Of a stretch of DNA of 40,169 nucleotides, positions 31,257 to 38,716 are shown piece after piece. Position 1 is the stretch's first letter. Each line of letters opens with the position of its first letter. The translations under genes were made by a program, and so were the position numbers. The notes below the pieces were generated by a model. The model was not told the DNA's origin. It saw only the letters and a list, made by a program, of their open reading frames with translations, and ran no database searches. The stretch spans positions 1 to 40,169 of the forward strand of contig CAZHSX010000002.1 in assembly GCA_964535275.1 (NCBI GenBank), written 5' to 3'. Source of the DNA: an uncultured Candidatus Saccharimonadales bacterium. GTDB taxonomy: Bacteria; Patescibacteriota; Saccharimonadia; UBA4664; CAZHSX01.

Positions 31257-32656
31257 AACGCCTGGGGATTTTGCTCGCCGGGGTTATAGCCGTAATCGTC
31301 AGTTTTGGGGTACGGTTTTATGACCGCCAACCGCTGGCTGGTGATGAACCGCATTATTTGGTAATGACTTACAGTTTGATCCAAGATCATGATTTGGATG
31401 TTAAAAATGACTACCAAACCCAGCGCTATCTAAGTTACTACCCTGCCTTGCTTGATCCGCATGTGGCTGGCGGACGGATAAAAACTAACGACCACTGGTA
31501 CTCGTTGCACGGGCCGGGACTGGCATTTTACCTGGTGCCGTTTGTGTGGCTGGGCGGGCGGGCCGGGGCCACTACCGGTATGATTTTGCTGAGTTTGTTG
31601 GTGCTGACTTTGACGTGGGCATGGATTAAGCGAGTTACCGGACGGGTCGACATTGCCGTGATTACCACTCTGATACTTTTGGCTTCGATATTTTGGCTAG
31701 GGCTGGCCGGTTATATTTACCCAGATTTAATGATCGCGGCCGGGCTGCTGGGCGGGGTTTTAATACTAACAATGCCGCGCCGCCAACTCTGGCAGCTAGT
31801 TCTGCTGGGCACAATTTTAGGCACCCTGCCCTGGGTGCACTTTAAAACCCTGCTGCCGGCCGCCGTCATTGGCCTACTGGGGGTTTACCAAATTGCCAAA
31901 GGCGAGCGGCCGGCGCTGGTGAAAAATTTGGTGGCGCTAATACTACCCGCTGCCATTCTCCTGATTGCTTTTGAGCTCAAAAACCACCAGTGGTACGGCG
32001 TATGGCTGCCCAACCAAATTTACGGCAGTGATGTTCAGCCGTTCCAATTGTCGCCGCTGCGCAGTTTGCCGGCCATGGCCTTTGATGCCAGCAAAGGTTT
32101 GTTTACCAATAATCCGGCGCTACTACTGCTATTTGTCGGCTTGCCGCTATGGTGTAAGCAAGCCCGCCGGTTGTTTTGGCCGGCCGCGGCCGTTTTTGTG
32201 GCTTCATTGGCACTATTGGCCGGTTTCCCGCAGTGGCAAGGGGGATATGCTCCCAGCGGCCGTTACTTGATGGAAATTGTGCCGCTGCTGCTACCAGCGA
32301 TTGGGTTTGCCCTGTTGCAATGGCGTAACTTGGCCGCCAGGCTGGTAATTGTCACGACGGTCGCCATCCAGATACTGCTGGCAGCCTGGTTTGTGTATTG
32401 GCAAACCCCGCTCAGCGTTGGCGGTCCCGTCAGCTCTTTATTTACCAGCCTAGCCGCCAAAACCGGACTGCAGCTGGACAGGTTAATGCCGAAATTTACA
32501 CTGGATACGATCTTGGCCAATCCTGGCGATATGGCGCTGGTGGCGGCGTGGATACTGCTGTGCGTTTTATTAATTTGGTTGGGTTACGATTTAGCCCGTC
32601 AAATTAAAACCCAAAAGAAAGTGGGCGGTCCGAAGACCGCCCACAAAGCGCACTAA
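31238..32656 (+). CDS. Integral-membrane GT-C-fold glycosyltransferase (ArnT/PMT-like), probable
   Basis: 472 aa with about 12 TM helices. The first extracytoplasmic loop carries an acidic motif (AGDEPHYLVMTYSLIQDHDLDV). Divergently paired with a polyprenyl-P sugar synthase-like GT2. Confidence 0.55.
   Translation: MPKLTTKRLGILLAGVIAVIVSFGVRFYDRQPLAGDEPHYLVMTYSLIQDHDLDVKNDYQTQRYLSYYPALLDPHVAGGRIKTNDHWYSLHGPGLAFYLVPFVWLGGRAGATTGMILLSLLVLTLTWAWIKRVTGRVDIAVITTLILLASIFWLGLAGYIYPDLMIAAGLLGGVLILTMPRRQLWQLVLLGTILGTLPWVHFKTLLPAAVIGLLGVYQIAKGERPALVKNLVALILPAAILLIAFELKNHQWYGVWLPNQIYGSDVQPFQLSPLRSLPAMAFDASKGLFTNNPALLLLFVGLPLWCKQARRLFWPAAAVFVASLALLAGFPQWQGGYAPSGRYLMEIVPLLLPAIGFALLQWRNLAARLVIVTTVAIQILLAAWFVYWQTPLSVGGPVSSLFTSLAAKTGLQLDRLMPKFTLDTILANPGDMALVAAWILLCVLLIWLGYDLARQIKTQKKVGGPKTAHKAH
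32611..32644 (-). terminator. Rho-independent terminator of the NlpC/P60 gene, embedded in the 3-prime coding end of the convergent GT-C gene
   Basis: GTGGGCGGTC (32621-32630), CGAA loop, GACCGCCCAC (32635-32644). On the minus strand it is followed by TTTCTTTTGG. Confidence 0.65.
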
Positions 32657-32660
32657 CTAA

Positions 32661-34019
32661 TTACCGCCCCGGCCACTCCGGGTTAGCCCAGCTCCAACCA
32701 AGGTAGCTGCCGATGCCGGGCATATTCCAGTTGGTTTGGAAAATCACTAGGCCGGTGGAAATAAATTGGCCATTGCCCAGCGACAGCATCACATGCCCCA
32801 AGCCGGGCACACCGGTGAAAAACACCAATGCTCCGGGCGGCGGATTGTGATCGCCATGGATCAGGCCGCGAGCCTGCAGATTCTGGAACTGGCCAATGGC
32901 GGTGTAGTAACCACTGTTGGCCATACCATAAGCATTGGCTACAAACCGGTCGCACCAACCATTCCAGGGCTTGCCGTCGGGCTGATACTGCTGCCCGATT
33001 TGCGACTGGGCCCAGCCAATGGCTCGCTGCTCGCGCGAACCGGCCCCCACCCCTGGCAAAGTGCCGATTTGGTAGGCACCATCGGCTAAGCTCCAACCCA
33101 GACTGCCACCTGCAAAATCTTGGCGCCAGCCGCCTTGCCAAGGATATTGGTCGCTAGTCGGCACGTCCAGCAAGCCCGCTGCCCCGCCAAGGTCAATGTA
33201 CTTGTGTAACAATTCGCCGAGCACATCGTAACTTTCACTGGCTCCATCCTCGCTCAGCAAAATGTTCCAGCCGCGTTGCCCGCCGCTGAAATCTTGCGCC
33301 CAAGCCGCGCCCCAAAGATGCCGATTGTTATTGGGGTAACCCACGACCGCGGCAGCTCGGCCGCCAAAGTTACCTTCTAGGTACTGCCACTCCGGCCCAG
33401 TCACGGTGTAAATGGCCGGCCCGCAACCTGGCGACATCAGGGCTGATTTGCCGGCCAACCCGCCCTCAAAATCCTGGATGCAACCATTGCCCCAAACGTG
33501 TACGGCATCAATCGGCTTACCGAGTTGGTTCACACCGCCGGCTGCTTGGTCGGCAATTTCATAGCCGGCCTCAAAATCCGATCCCTCGCCCACCCGGTAG
33601 CTTGGCGGCGAAGCCGGTACAATCGTCTTCAAATCCGCCGGCTTACAATCCGGGATACCGGCGGTGGGCAAGTATGGCACCCCGCCGCTAACCAGGCTAG
33701 TGGAAACGTAGCCGGCTACCGGAGCTGTCAACTTGAACCACATTGGATTAAAGTCGTAGAGATGCTCACTCCAAACTTGGCACTGAATGGTAACGATCGT
33801 ACCCGGCTTCAACACAGTTAGCGATTGGCTGTTAGCTGTTATGCCGCTGTAGGCATTAGCTGATTCGTTTTGGTTGCCGAAGTCGCCGCCAATGTGGCTG
33901 ACGATTGGCTTGGCCGCCGCAGCAGCCGGCCCGCCGGTCCACAACATTTGGCCAGCCACAATCAAATTAACTAAAAAGAGCGCCTTGCGGCACCCTCCGA
34001 CTTTACGAACTCCCAGCAC
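32661..34019 (-). CDS. Secreted or anchored NlpC/P60-family cell-wall hydrolase with LGFP-like repeats
   Basis: N-terminal TM/signal. Repeated W(G/Q)..W.QDF.GG segments. C-terminal catalytic Cys (NGWCDRFVANAYG) and His (GHVMLSLGNG). GTG start preceded by GGGGGTG. Confidence 0.72.
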   Translation of the reverse strand: MLGVRKVGGCRKALFLVNLIVAGQMLWTGGPAAAAAKPIVSHIGGDFGNQNESANAYSGITANSQSLTVLKPGTIVTIQCQVWSEHLYDFNPMWFKLTAPVAGYVSTSLVSGGVPYLPTAGIPDCKPADLKTIVPASPPSYRVGEGSDFEAGYEIADQAAGGVNQLGKPIDAVHVWGNGCIQDFEGGLAGKSALMSPGCGPAIYTVTGPEWQYLEGNFGGRAAAVVGYPNNNRHLWGAAWAQDFSGGQRGWNILLSEDGASESYDVLGELLHKYIDLGGAAGLLDVPTSDQYPWQGGWRQDFAGGSLGWSLADGAYQIGTLPGVGAGSREQRAIGWAQSQIGQQYQPDGKPWNGWCDRFVANAYGMANSGYYTAIGQFQNLQARGLIHGDHNPPPGALVFFTGVPGLGHVMLSLGNGQFISTGLVIFQTNWNMPGIGSYLGWSWANPEWPGR

Positions 34020-34138
34020 ACTGCACCCCCATGGTCTCGCGTGGGATACTCAACCGCGGTCGCGATTGCTAACTTACCATATAAGCAAGCGGCCAAGTGA
34101 TGCAAGCTTGAGCAATTTAGTAGGCTATAATCTTAAGC

Positions 34139-35236
34139 ATGAAAATCGTCATCGACGGCCGCATGATTGGCTGGACCGGCATTGGCCGCTACACCCGCAA
34201 CCTGCTTGACCGGCTGCAAGGACTGGACACTGCCAACCAATACACCGTTTTACTGTTGAAGAAAGACTGGGATACTTGGAAGCCGCAAGCGGACAACTGG
34301 CACAAGCTGATGGTCGACTTCGCGCCCTACAGCCTCAAAGAACAGCTACTATTACCCTTTTTGCTTTACCGCTTAAAAGCCGATTTGGTGCACTTCCCTA
34401 GCCCCAACGTGCCGTTTTTATATCTTAAAAAACACATCACTACCATCCACGATCTAACCCTCGTGGAGTACAAAAACGTGCGCGGACGGCGCTGGGCGTA
34501 TGAAGTAAAATATTGGTTGTTTCGGCTAGTCATTAGGCGCGCAGCCAAAGGATCCAGGGCCGTAATAACTGACGCGGAATTCGTAAAACGACAAGTGGCC
34601 GAGCGCTATCATGTGCAGCCCAGCAAAATTACCGCCATCCATTTGGCGGCCGACCTGCCCACGGACAAGGCTGACCGCCGGACGGCCGAACCGCCGTTTT
34701 TATTGTCTGTCGGCAACGCCTACCCATTTAAGAACTTGGAGCGGCTACTAGACGCTTTAGCCATCCTGCGCCAAAGCTGGCCGAAAATCACGCTGACGCT
34801 GGTCGGCCCAGCCGATTATTTTTACGAGCTGCTGCGCCAAAAAGCTAGGGCCAAAGAGCTAGAAAAATCTGTCCGATTTGCCGGGCGCGCCGGTGACGAC
34901 GAATTAGCTAAGTTGTACCGCACCGCCGCCCTGTATGTTTTCCCCTCCTTGTCCGAAGGTTTCGGCTTGCCAGGGTTGGAAGCCATGGCGCATAGTCTGC
35001 CGGTTGTGAGTTCGAATGCCACCTGCTTGCCCGAAGTCTTGGGCGATGCCGCCATTTACTTTGACCCTAAGGACCCCAAAGACATCGCCGAAAAAATTAA
35101 TTGGGCGCTGGACCATCCGGCCGAGCTCGACCGCTTACGCCAAGCCGGCCTTAAGCAAATCCAAAAATATTCTTGGGAAGCAACCGCCCAAAAAACTTTG
35201 GCCGTTTACCAACAGGCTCTGGGTTCTAAAACCTAA
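34139..35236 (+). CDS. Glycosyltransferase family 4
   Basis: PSLSEGFGLPGLEAMAHSLPVV. TATAAT (34126-34131) lies 7 nt upstream of the ATG, with no SD. Confidence 0.85.
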   Translation: MKIVIDGRMIGWTGIGRYTRNLLDRLQGLDTANQYTVLLLKKDWDTWKPQADNWHKLMVDFAPYSLKEQLLLPFLLYRLKADLVHFPSPNVPFLYLKKHITTIHDLTLVEYKNVRGRRWAYEVKYWLFRLVIRRAAKGSRAVITDAEFVKRQVAERYHVQPSKITAIHLAADLPTDKADRRTAEPPFLLSVGNAYPFKNLERLLDALAILRQSWPKITLTLVGPADYFYELLRQKARAKELEKSVRFAGRAGDDELAKLYRTAALYVFPSLSEGFGLPGLEAMAHSLPVVSSNATCLPEVLGDAAIYFDPKDPKDIAEKINWALDHPAELDRLRQAGLKQIQKYSWEATAQKTLAVYQQALGSKT

Positions 35237-35239
35237 CCG

Positions 35240-35692
35240 CTACTTTTTCTTAATTACCACTTGCCGGTGCGGTTCTTGGCCGGTGCTTTCAGTTGTGATC
35301 TCCGGTATTTCCGCCAGCACCATGTGTACCGCCCGGCGCTCGACGGCGCTCATGGGCGGCAGGGTTTGCGGCTGGCCGCTGACAATCACCTCTTCGGCCG
35401 CGGTTTTGGCAGTGGCCTGGGCTGACTCTAAACGCGACTGCTTGTAGCCGGCAATGTCGACCGACACAAAGACTTTTTCGGTAGTTTTAGCCCGCACCAT
35501 AGCATTTACCAAATGCTGCAATGAACGCAAAGTTTCACCATGGTGGCCGATCAGTCGGCCGCTGGGATCGGCGTCAATGGTGAGCTCCACTACGTCGTCG
35601 TTTTCAGTCACCTTGGCTTTGGCGTTCAGGCCAAAAAAGGCCAACAGTTCCTCCAGCCGCAGCTTGGCCAAGGCGGCGACATCCTGGCCCAT
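35240..35692 (-). CDS. jag: Jag/KhpB-type RNA-binding protein (KH plus R3H domains)
   Basis: GRLIGHHGETLRSLQHL (KH GxxG) and R3H-like LPPMSAVERRAVHMVL. Conserved position after yidC. Confidence 0.85.
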   Translation of the reverse strand: MGQDVAALAKLRLEELLAFFGLNAKAKVTENDDVVELTIDADPSGRLIGHHGETLRSLQHLVNAMVRAKTTEKVFVSVDIAGYKQSRLESAQATAKTAAEEVIVSGQPQTLPPMSAVERRAVHMVLAEIPEITTESTGQEPHRQVVIKKK

Positions 35693-36420
35693 TAGTTCTT
35701 GGCTTCCATTTCTTCAACGTCGCGGTTTAGCACCAAGTGCTGCTGAACAATGGCGACTAGGCTAGTAACCGTCCAGTACAGGGCTAGGGCCGCCGGCAAC
35801 TTCAAAGCCACCAACACTGTTAGGGCTGGGAAAATATAAACGGCGCCGGCCATGCCCGGCATGGCTTTTTGCCCGGCACTTTTCTTGGGTGTTAACTGCT
35901 TGGTTTGGTAGAACTGGGCCAGACCCGCTACGACGGCCAAAACGGCGCTGGGAACAGCTAAATTCAACCCGCCTGCCAGTGTCGGCTTGAAACTGCCGCT
36001 GGCGATGACGGTTTTAATGAAGGCCAGATTTTTAACCGGCCCGTAGGCCAGGTGGGCAATTTCGCCGGGTTTAATAACGTCACGCAGTACCACAAACAGG
36101 GCTAAAAACAGCGGCAATTGCACAAGTAACGGCAGAAGTGAGGCAAACGGGCTGATTTCTTTGGTTTTGTACAGTTCCATCAACAGCTTCCCCTCCAGTT
36201 GCTTGTCGCCTTTGGCTTTAGCCTTAACCTTAGCAATTTCGGGCGCCAGTTCGGCCATGGCCTTTTGCGAATGCAGTTGCTTGTTGACCAGCGGCCATAG
36301 CGCTAGCCGTACCAGAATGGTTAGTAAAATCACGGCCACACCAAAGTCATGACCGGGTATGACGGCATAAATTAAAGCCAGCAGGTTAAACAGCGGCAGA
36401 ACCAGGATCGTATTAAACAC
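35692..36420 (-). CDS. yidC: Membrane protein insertase YidC (short, monoderm type)
   Basis: GVAVILLTILVRLALWPL...QKAMAELAPE and conserved rnpA-yidC synteny. 242 aa. Confidence 0.9.
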   Translation of the reverse strand: MFNTILVLPLFNLLALIYAVIPGHDFGVAVILLTILVRLALWPLVNKQLHSQKAMAELAPEIAKVKAKAKGDKQLEGKLLMELYKTKEISPFASLLPLLVQLPLFLALFVVLRDVIKPGEIAHLAYGPVKNLAFIKTVIASGSFKPTLAGGLNLAVPSAVLAVVAGLAQFYQTKQLTPKKSAGQKAMPGMAGAVYIFPALTVLVALKLPAALALYWTVTSLVAIVQQHLVLNRDVEEMEAKN

Positions 36421-36784
36421 TATCAGTTCCTTTATTAATGACTGGGCCGAATTTAAGTCCGGCGGCGGTCAGAGCTTGTTCCAATTGCTTTTTGAGCCCG
36501 GCAGGATTAGCGGCGGGCTCGGCATGAACGGTTATAACCAGATCGTAACCGGCCGGAACGGTGGCCCACAGCTCGGCTAATTGGGCGGCCAGCTGGCGGC
36601 GCAAACGATTGCGCACCACGGCCTTTTTGGACACCTTGCGCCCGACCACCACCACGCCGCGGGATAGGTTAAGTCCATTGGTCAAAACTTTAGCGTGCAA
36701 GCTGTCGGCCCGGCCATAGCGGCCGCGGGCATGAACCCGATTAATGTCAGCTGGGCGGCGCAGCCGGTGGGGCGCCGCTAGCAT
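36413..36784 (-). CDS. rnpA: Ribonuclease P protein component
   Basis: Basic protein with the RNR-type motif KKAVVRNRLRRQL. Lies between rpmH and yidC. Confidence 0.88.
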   Translation of the reverse strand: MLAAPHRLRRPADINRVHARGRYGRADSLHAKVLTNGLNLSRGVVVVGRKVSKKAVVRNRLRRQLAAQLAELWATVPAGYDLVITVHAEPAANPAGLKKQLEQALTAAGLKFGPVINKGTDSV

Positions 36785-36921
36785 TAGACCGAAACCTTGG
36801 CGCGCCCCTTAAGACGGCGCCGCTTCAACACAACCCGCCCGCTGGCAGCCGCCATGCGGGAACGAAAACCGTGCACCTTGCGACGGCGGGCTTTTTTGGG
36901 TTGGTAGGTTCGCTTGCTCAT
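36784..36921 (-). CDS. rpmH: 50S ribosomal protein L34 (45 aa), absent from the ORF track
   Basis: Hand translation gives [45 protein letters not shown]. The stop overlaps the rnpA ATG (TAATG). Confidence 0.93.
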   Translation of the reverse strand: MSKRTYQPKKARRRKVHGFRSRMAAASGRVVLKRRRLKGRAKVSV

Positions 36922-37120
36922 TACTCTGGGAGTTTATGCTAAAAGCCCTTAGGCGTCAATTCAGTCAATTATTTGTCCCCACCTTTTAGCTAGTTCTCCA
37001 CAGCGCCAAACCTGAAGTGAGGATAAATGGGGAAAACCCTTAGGTAGAAAAGTTTAATTTGTGGAAAAGAGCTATAGTAGTTATGATTGTTTCTAAGCGT
37101 TCGCGTTAAGAAGGAGTGAG
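36922..37120. promoter_or_regulatory. rpmH-dnaA intergenic region: DnaA-box cluster (oriC part 1) plus the rpmH and dnaA promoters
   Basis: One-mismatch DnaA boxes are TTCTCCACA (36994-37002), TGAGGATAA (37018-37026) and TGTGGAAAA (37060-37068). The rpmH promoter reads TTGACG (36954-36959), 17 nt, TAAACT (36931-36936) on the minus strand. Confidence 0.6.
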
Positions 37121-38467
37121 ATGGAACTGCGGGGTCTGTGGCAAGCTGTGCTCGGCGAGCTGGAAGTCAGCGTCAGCCGCGCTAATTTTGCGACTTGGCT
37201 CAAAAATACTTCGGTGGTGGCTAATGAAAACGGCCGCATTGTGGTAGCTGTGCCACATTTTTATGCCAAAAAATGGCTGGAGGAAAAGTACCACAGTGAT
37301 ATCCTTAAGGCCGTCACCAAAGTCACCGGCACCAATAGCCAGGTGGAGTTTCGCATTAGCTCCCTGGCGCCAGTGGTAGCAACCCCTGAACTAGCTATGG
37401 CATCGCCCTCAGCCATTCCCGCCGCGGCTGCCAAGCCAAACCTTACCAAGCTTAACCCTCGCTACACCTTTGATAATTTTGTGGTCGGCTCCAGCAACGA
37501 GCTGGCCTACGCCGCGGCCGGAGCAGTGGCCAAAAACCCCGGCACTAAATACAATCCCTTGTTTATTTACGGCGGCGCGGGACTGGGCAAGACCCATCTG
37601 ATGCAAGCCATCGGCAATGAAATCTTAAAACGCGACCCGGCCAAGACGGTTGAATACGTTACCAGCGAAGGTTTTACCAATGAATTTATCGCCAGCATCT
37701 CACGCAAGAAAAACAGCGCCTTTACCGATAAATACCGCAACGTGGACGTATTAATCGTCGACGATGTCCAGTTTTTGATGGGCAAAGAAAAAACCGTCGA
37801 CGAATTTTTTCACACTTTTAACGCCCTGCATCACACTAACAAGCAAATAATTCTGTCCAGCGACAAACCACCGCAGGCTTTGACTGGACTGGAAGATCGC
37901 TTGCGCTCGCGGTTTGGCTGGGGCATGACGGCCGATATCGCAATTCCGGATTTGGAAACCCGCGCCGCCATTTTGCAAAGCAAGGCCGCGGCTCAGGGCA
38001 TAAACCTACCGCTTGAGGTGGTGGACTATTTAGCACGCAACATCCGCCAAAACATCCGTGAGCTGGAGGGGGCTCTAACCCAACTGATCGCGCATTGTGA
38101 GCTGCGAGCCTGCGAGCCAGCGCTGTCTGACGCCATGGGGCTAGTAGCCGGCATCTCGGCGGGCAAGTCGCGGCTCAAGCCATTGTCGGCCAAACTAATC
38201 ATCGAACAAACCGCCAGCTTTTTTGACCTCGCCAGCGCTGACATCACCGGCACTAAGCGCGATAAAGCCATCGTGACGCCCAGGCAGTTGGCAATGTATC
38301 TGATGCGCCACGAGCTAGGCTTGTCTTACCCCAAAATTGCTAGTAGCGTCGGTGGCCGCGACCACACCACCGCCATGCATTCGGTCACCAAGATCGAAAA
38401 TCAGCTGGAAGCCGATGAAAATCTGCGCCAACAGCTTAATCTCATCAAAGAGCGCTTAACTATCTAG
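37121..38467 (+). CDS. dnaA: Chromosomal replication initiator DnaA
   Basis: Walker A GGAGLGKTHL, a DnaA signature region, and the C-terminal DNA-binding domain (HTTAMHS). AAGGAG SD. Confidence 0.97.
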   Translation: MELRGLWQAVLGELEVSVSRANFATWLKNTSVVANENGRIVVAVPHFYAKKWLEEKYHSDILKAVTKVTGTNSQVEFRISSLAPVVATPELAMASPSAIPAAAAKPNLTKLNPRYTFDNFVVGSSNELAYAAAGAVAKNPGTKYNPLFIYGGAGLGKTHLMQAIGNEILKRDPAKTVEYVTSEGFTNEFIASISRKKNSAFTDKYRNVDVLIVDDVQFLMGKEKTVDEFFHTFNALHHTNKQIILSSDKPPQALTGLEDRLRSRFGWGMTADIAIPDLETRAAILQSKAAAQGINLPLEVVDYLARNIRQNIRELEGALTQLIAHCELRACEPALSDAMGLVAGISAGKSRLKPLSAKLIIEQTASFFDLASADITGTKRDKAIVTPRQLAMYLMRHELGLSYPKIASSVGGRDHTTAMHSVTKIENQLEADENLRQQLNLIKERLTI

Positions 38468-38474
38468 GGCTGTT

Positions 38475-38508
38475 AGCAACCTGCGGATAACACCGAGGTT
38501 GCTTTTTT
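38475..38508 (+). terminator. Rho-independent terminator after dnaA, with a DnaA-box-like sequence in its loop
   Basis: AGCAACCT (38475-38482) pairs with AGGTTGCT (38496-38503), followed by a T6 run. The 5-prime side of the hairpin, spanning the last stem base and the loop, contains TGCGGATAA (38482-38490). Confidence 0.7.
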
Positions 38509-38716
38509 AGTTTCCCCCAGCTATATTAAATTTCCCACTGGCGGGGCAGTTAATTAACATCCTTTTACACCGGTTTTAAACATAAGGTTTTTGGTTTAAT
38601 AACGCTTATGTAAGCAATAAGTGTCAGGTTTTACCCATTATCCCCAATCCTTATTATTACTACGACGTTTTTAAATAAAGAGATATAATAAACAGTAAGG
38701 GCGGAGTGAGGAAAAA
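38509..38716. promoter_or_regulatory. dnaA-dnaN intergenic region: candidate oriC part 2 with an AT-rich unwinding element
   Basis: TTATCCCCA box (38638-38646) is followed directly by an AT-rich stretch (about 38647-38695). Confidence 0.5.

Noticed and set aside
32683-33821. Alternative-frame ORFs within the NlpC/P60 gene (32683-33141 -, 32766-33157 +, 33498-33821 +)
   Set aside because: The main frame carries the signal, repeats and catalytic Cys/His. The others lack starts with an SD and look like shadows.
34101-34114. CAAGCTTG palindrome near the GT4 promoter as an operator
   Set aside because: It is only 8 bp and contains a HindIII-type palindrome that is expected by chance in 40 kb. 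I found no second copy.
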